Positions 20,441 to 29,597 of a DNA stretch of 32,000 bases are shown piece after piece. Source of the stretch: Vibrio alginolyticus NBRC 15630 = ATCC 17749 (GTDB lineage: Bacteria > Pseudomonadota > Gammaproteobacteria > Enterobacterales > Vibrionaceae). Position 1 is the first letter of the stretch, and each line of letters opens with the position of its first letter. Made by a program: the position numbers and the translations under genes. A model generated the notes under the pieces. It was not told the origin of the DNA. It did not search any database and was given only the letters and a program-made list of their open reading frames with translations. The stretch covers positions 180,001-212,000 of the forward strand of contig NC_022349.1 of the NCBI RefSeq assembly GCF_000354175.2. Direction: 5' to 3'.

Positions 20441-20973
20441 TGTTTAAACGAATTTTTAAATCAGCGACTTTAGTGGCAGCTGTTTTTCTTTCGGCATGTT
20501 CCGCAGACATTGATAATTACCGCTCTTCTAAACCGACTTTTGACGTATTCGGTTATTTCGAAGGCGACATAAAGGCGTGGGGGATGGTGCAAGATTATAC
20601 CGGACAGCAAACGCGTCGCTTTGAAGTCGATATAGTGGGTACTGTAGCGGGTGATACGCTGACGCTGGTGGAAGACTTCGTGTTTGATGACGGAGAGGTG
20701 GACCAGCGAATTTGGGTTATCACTAGATTAGAAGACGGTCGTTATGAAGGTAAGGCAGACGATATTATAGGTGTGGCAACAGGGGAAGAGCAGGGCAATG
20801 CGCTACAGTGGCAATATGACTTTGAGCTACAAATGGAGGATTCATCAGTGACGGTTGCTTTTGATGATTGGCTTTATCGTCAGGATGACAGACACGTTTT
20901 CAATCTAACGAAAATAAAAAAGTTTGGTGTGGAAGTAGGAACAATAACCTTGTTCTTCCAAAAGCTGCCATAA
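20440..20973 (+). CDS. Lipoprotein, DUF3833/lipocalin-like (tentative)
   Basis: The GTG start overlaps the previous stop (TAGTG). The signal sequence carries the lipobox FLSAC. Length is 177 aa. Confidence 0.6.
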   Translation: MFKRIFKSATLVAAVFLSACSADIDNYRSSKPTFDVFGYFEGDIKAWGMVQDYTGQQTRRFEVDIVGTVAGDTLTLVEDFVFDDGEVDQRIWVITRLEDGRYEGKADDIIGVATGEEQGNALQWQYDFELQMEDSSVTVAFDDWLYRQDDRHVFNLTKIKKFGVEVGTITLFFQKLP

Positions 20974-21050
20974 CAAATGGGGCTGATCTTCAATTAATAA
21001 TCCATTCCATATAACTAAAATTATTTTCTCCCGACCTAACTCTCCTAACT

Positions 21051-21084
21051 AAAAAAGGTTGACGCTTTCGCGTCAACCTTTTAA
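21051..21084. terminator. Bidirectional terminator shared by the lipid operon (+) and purB (-)
   Basis: 13-bp stem aaaaggttgacgc/gcgtcaacctttt with loop tttc. The A/T runs lie within the stem arms, with A-rich sequence upstream and only tt after the 3' arm. Confidence 0.8.
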
Positions 21085-21106
21085 GTATCTGGTCGTTACA
21101 GGAGTA

Positions 21107-22576
<1,470 letters not shown>

Positions 22577-22582
22577 TTAGTC

Positions 22583-22613
22583 GAAAAAAATGAGCTCGCG
22601 ATAAACGCGAGCT
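22583..22613 (-). terminator. Rho-independent terminator of hflD
   Basis: On the - strand, the stem agctcgcg/cgcgagct with loop tttat is followed by a run of 7 T. Confidence 0.75.
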
Positions 22614-22630
22614 GCTTATTTGATATTTTA

Positions 22631-23248
22631 CTACAGACGAGCAAGAAGGATTTGTGCTTGCTCTACCATCTTCTTGCGCCCGAAGATTAGGTGGCGACGC
22701 TTACCACCAACTTGACGCCAAAGAACTGCACTACGAATGCCAGATAACAACAGCGCACGAACTTTGTGTTGGCTTGCCGTCTGCTGCAGTACAGATGGCG
22801 TGCCCGTTACTTGAATGCGTGGGCCAATAGGGCTAACGACATCCAGATAGATGCTCGCTAAATTGCTGATCATTTGATCGTCTAGTAGCTCAAAGTGCTC
22901 TGACTGACGCTTGGCCATTTGAATACGATCACCAAGCTGAGACATAGCATCGTTTCGAGAGCTTAACTTACGTTCTAACGCCATTAAACTAATAATGTAA
23001 CGAGTAATTTCACTGCCTGATGGTGTGCTATCAATCCCTTTAACCAAGCATTCTAGGCCGAGCTTTAGATCGGCTTCGCGACCGAATACGCCAACTGTGT
23101 TAGCAGGGTTAGTGCTCAAAATAGCGTTGATTGATGTTTCAAAAGCATCTTGATCACAATGTCCGTTTCTCGCTACCTGTTGAACTAAAGCAACAGCTTG
23201 GCAAATCCCAGCGAAAGCGATAGTACGGTCATAAAGTGTATTCGCCAC
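22631..23248 (-). CDS. hflD: High-frequency-of-lysogenisation protein HflD
   Basis: GTG 23248 has an AGGAG Shine-Dalgarno 7 nt upstream and gives (M)[31 protein letters not shown], which aligns with E. coli HflD (..[28 protein letters not shown]). Length is 205 aa. Confidence 0.85.
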   Translation of the reverse strand: MANTLYDRTIAFAGICQAVALVQQVARNGHCDQDAFETSINAILSTNPANTVGVFGREADLKLGLECLVKGIDSTPSGSEITRYIISLMALERKLSSRNDAMSQLGDRIQMAKRQSEHFELLDDQMISNLASIYLDVVSPIGPRIQVTGTPSVLQQTASQHKVRALLLSGIRSAVLWRQVGGKRRHLIFGRKKMVEQAQILLARL

Positions 23249-23258
23249 GTAACGACTC

Positions 23259-24383
23259 CTAAGCTTGAGAATATTTAATGCGTTGCTCGATGATGCCGCC
23301 ACCTAGGCACACGTCACCTTTGTAGAACACTGCTGATTGACCTGGAGTTACAGCAATTTGTGGCTCGTCAAAGATAACTTTAATGTTTTCATCATCGATA
23401 GGGATGATTGTACAAGGAATATCTTCCTGACGGTAACGAGTTTTCACTGTGCACTTCATAACATCGCGAATTGGCTCACGATCTACCCAGTGAAGTTGTG
23501 ATGCAAGTAGACCTTCTGATTTCAACATTGGATGGTCTTTACCTTGAACGGCAATCAAAACGTTACGTTCTAGATCTTTCTCACCAACGAACCATGGGTC
23601 CTCGTTACCACCGCCGCCTTTACGGCCACCAATGTGTAGACCTTTACGCTGACCAAGTGTGTGGTACATCAGGCCTTGGTGTTGACCAATCACTTCGCCT
23701 TCTGGAGTCTCGATATTACCAGGCTGAGCTGGAAGGTAGCGACCCAGGAATTCCGTAAACTTACGTTCACCGATGAAACAAATACCAGTAGAGTCTTTCT
23801 TCTTCGCCGTGATTAGATCTTGCTCTTCAGCAATGCGGCGTACTTCTGGCTTCTCTAGGTCACCAACAGGGAATAGGCTACGTGCGATTTGCTCGTTGCT
23901 TAATGTGTACAGGAAGTAGCTTTGATCTTTGTTGCCATCTAGACCACGCAGCATCTGTGGTTTTTCACCATTTTCTGGGAAAGAGCGACGCACATAGTGG
24001 CCCATTGCAATGTAATCAGCATCAAGTACTTCATCAGCGAATTCTAGGAATGCTTTGAACTTGATTTCTTTGTTACAAAGAATGTCAGGGTTCGGAGTAC
24101 GGCCAGCTTTGTATTCAGCAAGGAAGTACTCAAATACGTTATCCCAGTATTCGGCAGCAAAGTTGATAGTGTGTAGGTGGATGCCTAGCTTGTCACATAC
24201 TGCCTGAGCGTCAGCAAGATCTTCTGCCGCTGTACAATATTCTTCGTTGTCATCTTCTTCCCAGTTCTTCATGAAAAGGCCTTCTACTTGGTAGCCTTGC
24301 TGCTTTAGAAGATACGCGGAAACAGATGAATCAACGCCGCCGGACATACCGACGATGACTTTCTTTTGGCTGTTATCAGACAT
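23259..24383 (-). CDS. mnmA: tRNA-specific 2-thiouridylase MnmA
   Basis: ATG 24383 gives [26 protein letters not shown] (PP-loop SGGVDSS), 374 aa. The 56-aa extension in the ORF track is unsupported. Confidence 0.95.
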   Translation of the reverse strand: MSDNSQKKVIVGMSGGVDSSVSAYLLKQQGYQVEGLFMKNWEEDDNEEYCTAAEDLADAQAVCDKLGIHLHTINFAAEYWDNVFEYFLAEYKAGRTPNPDILCNKEIKFKAFLEFADEVLDADYIAMGHYVRRSFPENGEKPQMLRGLDGNKDQSYFLYTLSNEQIARSLFPVGDLEKPEVRRIAEEQDLITAKKKDSTGICFIGERKFTEFLGRYLPAQPGNIETPEGEVIGQHQGLMYHTLGQRKGLHIGGRKGGGGNEDPWFVGEKDLERNVLIAVQGKDHPMLKSEGLLASQLHWVDREPIRDVMKCTVKTRYRQEDIPCTIIPIDDENIKVIFDEPQIAVTPGQSAVFYKGDVCLGGGIIEQRIKYSQA

Positions 24384-24571
24384 TACTAAACACCACTTAA
24401 ATAAACGGGATGCAGATTCTATCAGAATCCACAGACCGGTGACAGATCCGAGATCGAAATCACAATTCGTTTCGCTGGATTTTTCTTCAACAAAGATTCG
24501 AACGAGTAATTTCGCAAGTATAGAAGAGGTATATATGGCATAGTTGGCCAAAATCCAAGAGGAAACACCAA

Positions 24572-24841
24572 ATGACAGAAGAAAACCAATTTATGCAAGA
24601 AAGTGAGTTGATTGAAATTGTTGAAAATCAGCTCGAAGATGGCAACCCGCTTAAAGTAAAAGAAACCCTTATGCGTTTAATGATGACTGGCACACCACGT
24701 GAAGATGCGGTTGCGATGATGGCATGTGCGATGTCAATTGAGATTTTTGATGTAATGAAGAATGAAGGTGAGTTCAACCTAAAGCGTTATAGCGAGCACC
24801 TTGAGCAACTACCAGATCTCAGCTTTATGGAAGGTGAATAA
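24572..24841 (+). CDS. Hypothetical small acidic protein (89 aa)
   Basis: ATG 24572 has a GAGGAAA Shine-Dalgarno and the gene is divergent from mnmA. Its sequence pattern loosely resembles the C-terminal half of DUF1841-type proteins, which is a low-certainty recollection. Confidence 0.55.
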   Translation: MTEENQFMQESELIEIVENQLEDGNPLKVKETLMRLMMTGTPREDAVAMMACAMSIEIFDVMKNEGEFNLKRYSEHLEQLPDLSFMEGE

Positions 24842-24865
24842 GCCACCTAAAAGAAAAAAGCTGTC

Positions 24866-24879
24866 AGCAAACGTTTGCT
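24866..24879. promoter_or_regulatory. PurR operator overlapping an extended -10 promoter of gsk
   Basis: Perfect 14-bp palindrome AGCAAACGTTTGCT. Its 3' end overlaps TGcTATAAT (24876-24884), ~75 nt upstream of the gsk start. Confidence 0.7.
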
Positions 24880-24958
24880 ATAATCGCTTTTATTGCTGCT
24901 TTATTATTAGCGGTATAGAATCCGCTCTCCTTTTCATCCCCTTACTCAGACTGACAAT

Positions 24959-26263
24959 ATGAAATTTCCTGGACAACGCAAATCGAAGCACTATTTTCCT
25001 GTTCATGCTCGTGACCCGCTGGTGAGCCAAGCACAAGAAAGCAAGAAGATGACGCGCACTCACATCATTGGTATTGACCAAACCTTGGTTGATATTGAAG
25101 CAAAAGTTACAACGGATGTGATTGAAAAGTACGGTCTGAGTAAAGGTCACTCTCTGGTTATCGATGACGAAAGAGCAGAAGAGTTATACCAGCAACTGAA
25201 AGAAGAGAACTTGATTACCAATGAGTATGCGGGCGGTACAATTGGTAACACGCTACATAACTACTCCGTGCTAGCGGATGACCGCTCCACACTACTTGGA
25301 GTGATGAGCCAGGATATTAAGATTGGCAGCTACGGTTACCGTTATCTTTGTAATACATCAAGCCGCATGGACTTGAACTACCTACAAGGTGTAGATGGTG
25401 CAATTGGCCGTTGTTTTGCTCTTATCACAGAAGACGGTGAACGTACTTTTGCTATCAGCGAAGGGCAAATGAACCAACTCCATCCTGATAGCATTCCAGA
25501 GAAAATCTTTAAAAATGCATCAGCACTTGTACTGACGTCATATCTAGTACGTTGTAAAGACGGCGACCCAATGCCGGAAGCAACAATGAAAGCGATTGAG
25601 TACGCGAAAAAGAATGATGTGCCTGTTGTTCTGACTTTAGGCACAAAGTTTGTTATTCAAGATGACCCTAAATATTGGCAAGAATTCATTAGAGATAACG
25701 TTTCAGTCGTTGCGATGAATGAAGATGAAGCAGAAGCTCTGACGGGGGAATCTGATCCACTTGCTGCGTCTGATAAAACATTGGAGTGGGCTGATCTAGT
25801 ATTGTGCACGGCGGGTCCTGTAGGTCTATTTATGGCTGGGTATACGGAAGATAGCGCGAAGCGCGAAACTTCTTTGCCATTACTTCCAGGGTCAATTGCT
25901 GAATTTAATCGTTATGAATTTAGTCGCCCGGCGAAAAAAGACTCATGCGAGACGCCAATAAAAGTGTACTCGCATATCTCGCCATATATGGGTGGCCCAG
26001 AAAAAATTAAGAATACAAATGGCGCAGGTGATGCCGCGTTATCTGCTGTTCTTCATGATATGGCAGCAAATAAATACCATAAAGAAAATGTGCCTAATTC
26101 AAGCAAGCACAGTAACGAGTATTTAACTTACTCTTCTTTTTCTCAAGTCTGCAAATACGCAAACCGTGCTAGCTACGAAGTTCTCGTGCAACATTCACCA
26201 CGATTGTCGCGCGGACTTCCTGAGCGAGAAGATAGCCTAGAAGAAGCATACTGGGAACGTTAA
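24959..26263 (+). CDS. gsk: Inosine-guanosine kinase
   Basis: 434 aa. MKFPGQRKSKHYFPVHARDPL matches the E. coli Gsk N-terminus and the protein is colinear to the C-terminus (...LPEREDSLEEAYWER). Confidence 0.95.
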   Translation: MKFPGQRKSKHYFPVHARDPLVSQAQESKKMTRTHIIGIDQTLVDIEAKVTTDVIEKYGLSKGHSLVIDDERAEELYQQLKEENLITNEYAGGTIGNTLHNYSVLADDRSTLLGVMSQDIKIGSYGYRYLCNTSSRMDLNYLQGVDGAIGRCFALITEDGERTFAISEGQMNQLHPDSIPEKIFKNASALVLTSYLVRCKDGDPMPEATMKAIEYAKKNDVPVVLTLGTKFVIQDDPKYWQEFIRDNVSVVAMNEDEAEALTGESDPLAASDKTLEWADLVLCTAGPVGLFMAGYTEDSAKRETSLPLLPGSIAEFNRYEFSRPAKKDSCETPIKVYSHISPYMGGPEKIKNTNGAGDAALSAVLHDMAANKYHKENVPNSSKHSNEYLTYSSFSQVCKYANRASYEVLVQHSPRLSRGLPEREDSLEEAYWER

Positions 26264-26300
26264 TACGAAGCGGTTTAATTAACTATTCTGTAACTAAAGT

Positions 26301-26331
26301 AAAAGGCACATTAAGAAATGTGCCTTTTTTA
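26301..26331 (+). terminator. Rho-independent terminator of gsk
   Basis: Stem aaaggcacat/atgtgccttt with a 6-nt loop, followed by a T-run. Confidence 0.8.
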
Positions 26332-26344
26332 TTTGTAATGGTTT

Positions 26345-26375
26345 AAATAAAAAAGGCTCCCTATGGGAGCCTTTT
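26345..26375 (-). terminator. Rho-independent terminator of hns
   Basis: Stem aaaaggctccc/gggagcctttt with loop tat. On the - strand it is followed by TTTTTTATTT. Confidence 0.75.
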
Positions 26376-26390
26376 AAAAATAGCACGGAT

Positions 26391-26798
26391 CTAGATTAGG
26401 AACTCATCCAGAGATTTACCTGCATCAAGTTGCTCTTGAATCGCCGAAGGTGTACGACCTTGGCCAGTCCAAGTTTTCTCATTACCGTTTGAATCTGTGT
26501 ATTTGTATTTAGCAGGGCGAGGTGCGCGCTTCGCTTTGCCTTTCGTCTTAGTTTCGCCAGATAGCGCAGTAATAAGTGCTTCTACGTCAATACCGTCTTG
26601 AGCGATTTTCTCAGCAATCTCTGCAAGCTTAGCTTCTTGCTCTGCTTGTGCTGCGCGTTCTGCTTCTTCTGCTTCACGACGCTCATCTACGACAGTAGTG
26701 AGTTTATCTAGAGCTTCTTCCAATTGTTCTAGAGTCAGCTCACGAGAAAATGCACGAAGGCTACGGATATTTAGAAGGGTTTTAGTCAGCTCTGACAT
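26391..26798 (-). CDS. hns: Nucleoid-associated protein H-NS (VicH)
   Basis: 135 aa with an N-terminal coiled coil (MSELTKTLLNIRSLRAFSRELTLEQLEEAL) and the C-terminal DNA-binding motif TWTGQGRTP. Confidence 0.95.
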   Translation of the reverse strand: MSELTKTLLNIRSLRAFSRELTLEQLEEALDKLTTVVDERREAEEAERAAQAEQEAKLAEIAEKIAQDGIDVEALITALSGETKTKGKAKRAPRPAKYKYTDSNGNEKTWTGQGRTPSAIQEQLDAGKSLDEFLI

Positions 26799-27283
26799 AA
26801 CGATTCCTATTAAAAGGTTAATGTGTTGGGCACTTTTTATCGTTACGATTAAATAATGCCAATCTATAAATAAACAAAGAGTCCTTATATTTAACTTTAT
26901 CTTTTCCTTATGTGCAAATGCTAAATCAAGATTTTGTTTAAATTTGACTATTTTTTAAAGCAATTAATATTATTACACTCGAAATAAATCATTATTAGAT
27001 GAGAACTAAAATCAACAATCATTATTGTATAGAGAGAGCGACAGCTTGGTTTTTTATAAAAAAATTTGAGTTATTACTTAAAAATATGAAGCATCCATCT
27101 TTAATGGTGTGTCATATATCCTTAATTTATTGATATAAGATAAACCATGATATTTCTAAGGTAGTAATAATGTTTCATAAATAACATGATTGATGTGATT
27201 TCAGTTGCACAAAACTTATGGAAGTAGGCAAGGTTTATAAATTATCTCAGTCATTATTTATTTGTTTAATTTAGTTTGATGTG

Positions 27284-27311
27284 TTGCATTGACTCTCATC
27301 ATAAGTACAAT
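27284..27311 (+). promoter_or_regulatory. Candidate sigma-70 promoter for the riboswitch leader (TTGCAT-N16-TACAAT)
   Basis: Hexamers read from the sequence, ~70 nt upstream of the aptamer. This is a motif match only. Confidence 0.3.
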
Positions 27312-27380
27312 GGCTGCCACCTGATGCAATATTGCAGACAATTTGTTGTTAATTTGTACAGTTAGTGGTTAATTGTTTGT

Positions 27381-27527
27381 TGTTGCCGTAGAGGCGCGGT
27401 CTCGAAGAGTAGCTATTATTGGGGTGATGCCAATGAATAATAGTGGAAGGCGAAGATTGCCGAAGTAAGTAACTCATCAAAGTTACTTGCTGGGGTTGTA
27501 TCTGAAAGGAACAACACTGCCATAGTA
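27381..27527 (+). promoter_or_regulatory. Lysine riboswitch (L-box) aptamer
   Basis: The conserved blocks occur in the canonical order: GTAGAGGCGC (27387-27396), CGAAGAGTAG, TGGAAGG, TTGCCGAAG, GCTGGGG + hairpin gttgt/acaac, and ACTGCCA (27516-27522). The region aligns block-for-block with the T. maritima and B. subtilis lysC L-box sequences as I recall them. Confidence 0.8.
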
Positions 27528-27672
27528 TATATTCACATTAAACTATGGAGCGCTACTGTAGGGTTGGGTGGAGTGTTCGCTTCCCTGTCGCTAAGTTCAA
27601 CATGAGCACGTATCGTATGCTACGTGACTTGTCTGCAGTAGATCTCTAGCCAAACTTTGGTTTTTGAAGATC

Positions 27673-29274
27673 ATGAATTTAATAGATTTTTCTAGTTCTC
27701 CTGTTTCATTATTGCCACCTATTGTCGCTTTGACTTTGGCGATTTTGACTCGACGTGTATTAGTTTCCTTGGGTGTAGGTATCGTGCTAGGTGCGGTGCT
27801 ACTTAATAGCTGGTCTATCAGCGACACCGCAGGTTACGTCAGTTCTCAAGTTTCTTCTGTCTTTATTGAAGATGGCGGAATTAACACTTGGAACATGAGC
27901 ATTGTTGGTTTCCTAATCTTATTAGGTATGACAACAGCTTTATTAACGCTTTCTGGCGGTACTCGTGCTTTTGCTGAATGGGCACAATCTCGAGTGAAGA
28001 GTAAACGCGGCTCCAAACTTCTTGCCGCCTTTTTAGGCGTATTCATTTTTGTCGATGATTACTTTAATAGCCTTGCTGTTGGTGCGATCTCTCGCCCAGT
28101 AACCGATCGCTTTTATGTGTCTCGCGCTAAGCTTGCGTACATTCTAGACTCAACCGCTGCTCCAATGTGTGTAATTATGCCTGCTTCTAGCTGGGGTGCT
28201 TACATTATTACTATTATTGGCGGGATCTTAGTCTCACATGGGATCACAGAGTATTCGGCTCTTGGCGCATATGTTCGTCTTATCCCAATGAACTTCTACG
28301 CCGTTTTTGCGCTGCTAATGGTGTTCGCTGTTGCGTGGTTTGGTCTTGATATTGGTAAAATGCGTGAGCATGAGATCTCTGCATCGCAAGGTCGTGGCTT
28401 TGATAAAGACAAAGAAAATGACTCGCAAGAAGCGCATGACCTAAATGAAGAGCTAGATATCCGTGAAAGTGAAAAGGGTAAAGTGTCAGATTTGATACTT
28501 CCTATCGTGACGCTGATTATCGCGACTATCGCTTCAATGCTTTACACGGGTGGCCAAGCATTGGCTGCTGATGGTAAGGAGTTTGCGCTTCTTGGTGCTT
28601 TTGAAAATACAGATGTAGGTACATCACTAATCTACGGTAGCTTGCTTGGCTTAGCAGTTGCACTGTTTACTGTTGTGAAGCAAGGTCTACCAATGGCTGA
28701 GATCGCACGTACACTTTGGATTGGTGCTAAGTCTATGTTTGGTGCGATTCTAATCTTAGTATTTGCCTGGACCATTGGCTCTGTTATCGGTGATATGAAG
28801 ACTGGTACTTACCTTTCGACAATGGCGCAGGGAAATATCAACCCTCATTGGCTCCCAGTTATCTTATTCCTGCTGTCTGGCCTGATGGCGTTCTCAACAG
28901 GTACTTCATGGGGTACGTTCGGCATCATGCTTCCAATCGCCGGAGACATGGCTGGTGCAACAGACGTAGCGCTAATGCTACCGATGTTGAGTGCGGTTTT
29001 AGCTGGTGCGGTATTCGGTGACCATTGTTCACCAATCTCAGATACGACTATCTTGTCATCGACGGGTGCACGTTGTAACCACATTGATCACGTATCAACA
29101 CAGCTACCTTATGCATTATCAGTCGCGCTTGTTTCATGCGTCGGCTTTATTGCCCTTGGTATGACTGCTTCAATTGCGTTCTCGTTCATTGCAGCGTCGA
29201 TAACATTCGTTATCGTTTGCGCTATTTTGTCATGGCTTTCAAAGTCTAAAATAGCGTCTTGCCAGAGTGCGTAA
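27673..29274 (+). CDS. NhaC-family Na+/H+ antiporter-type transporter, candidate lysine transporter controlled by the riboswitch
   Basis: ATG 27673 gives MNLIDFSSSPVSLLPPIVALTLAIL..., 533 aa, polytopic and NhaC-like. TTG 27664 is an alternative start. It sits downstream of the L-box, like the lysW-type genes predicted in gamma-proteobacteria (from memory). Confidence 0.85.
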   Translation: MNLIDFSSSPVSLLPPIVALTLAILTRRVLVSLGVGIVLGAVLLNSWSISDTAGYVSSQVSSVFIEDGGINTWNMSIVGFLILLGMTTALLTLSGGTRAFAEWAQSRVKSKRGSKLLAAFLGVFIFVDDYFNSLAVGAISRPVTDRFYVSRAKLAYILDSTAAPMCVIMPASSWGAYIITIIGGILVSHGITEYSALGAYVRLIPMNFYAVFALLMVFAVAWFGLDIGKMREHEISASQGRGFDKDKENDSQEAHDLNEELDIRESEKGKVSDLILPIVTLIIATIASMLYTGGQALAADGKEFALLGAFENTDVGTSLIYGSLLGLAVALFTVVKQGLPMAEIARTLWIGAKSMFGAILILVFAWTIGSVIGDMKTGTYLSTMAQGNINPHWLPVILFLLSGLMAFSTGTSWGTFGIMLPIAGDMAGATDVALMLPMLSAVLAGAVFGDHCSPISDTTILSSTGARCNHIDHVSTQLPYALSVALVSCVGFIALGMTASIAFSFIAASITFVIVCAILSWLSKSKIASCQSA

Positions 29275-29303
29275 GTTGTTTTGAATAGATTCGTTACAGA
29301 GGG

Positions 29304-29333
29304 AAGCTCCGCTAATTTAGCGGAGCTTTTTTT
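29304..29333 (+). terminator. Rho-independent terminator of the NhaC-family gene
   Basis: 11-bp stem aagctccgcta/tagcggagctt with loop att, followed by 7 T. Confidence 0.85.
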
Positions 29334-29368
29334 AACGCGACTTAGGTGAGGGGGGCAATCGCGTTTTT
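29334..29368. other. Second hairpin (aacgcga / tcgcgtt, 18-nt loop) followed by TTTTT on the + strand
   Basis: 7-bp inverted repeat read from the sequence. On the + strand it could be a back-up terminator. On the - strand its loop is the C-rich string uugccccccucaccuaag (see findings). Confidence 0.35.
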
Positions 29369-29465
29369 GGGGATAAAAGTCTCGTGTTAAGAGCGAATTG
29401 TTTGTGTACCGAGCTCTCCTTGATGGGCTGTAATGGAAAAGCAATCCATCTTCTTCTTAGTTCTA

Positions 29466-29482
29466 AGCAAAGACTATGCCCA
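29466..29482 (-). promoter_or_regulatory. Candidate sigma-54 (-24/-12) promoter
   Basis: The - strand reads tGGGCATagtctTTGCt. GGCA and TTGC have the canonical 12-nt GG-to-GC spacing (consensus TGGCAC-N5-TTGC). The site is 116 nt downstream of the stop codon of the adjacent sigma-54 activator, on the same strand. Confidence 0.4.
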
Positions 29483-29597
29483 TTTTAAGCTTTTGATTTT
29501 TAATACAGAAAAATCCGCATGGTTGCGATGCAGAGTTAACTAAATGATATCTAAAGAGTTACCTGTTACACAGTGTTACGTTACACCTATACAGTAT

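Noticed and set aside
27597-27827. 76-aa minus-strand ORF
   Set aside because: It is antisense to the riboswitch expression platform and the transporter 5' end, with no supporting signals.
29109-29444. 111-aa minus-strand ORF with a TTG start
   Set aside because: It reads through two terminator hairpins and then runs antisense to the transporter 3' end. It is implausible as a protein, so the region is discussed as possible RNA instead.
29300-29455. Possibility that the sigma-54-driven transcript is a Qrr-type quorum sRNA
   Set aside because: It has no resemblance to the conserved Qrr core sequence as I recall it, and the adjacent activator lacks the LuxO receiver domain.
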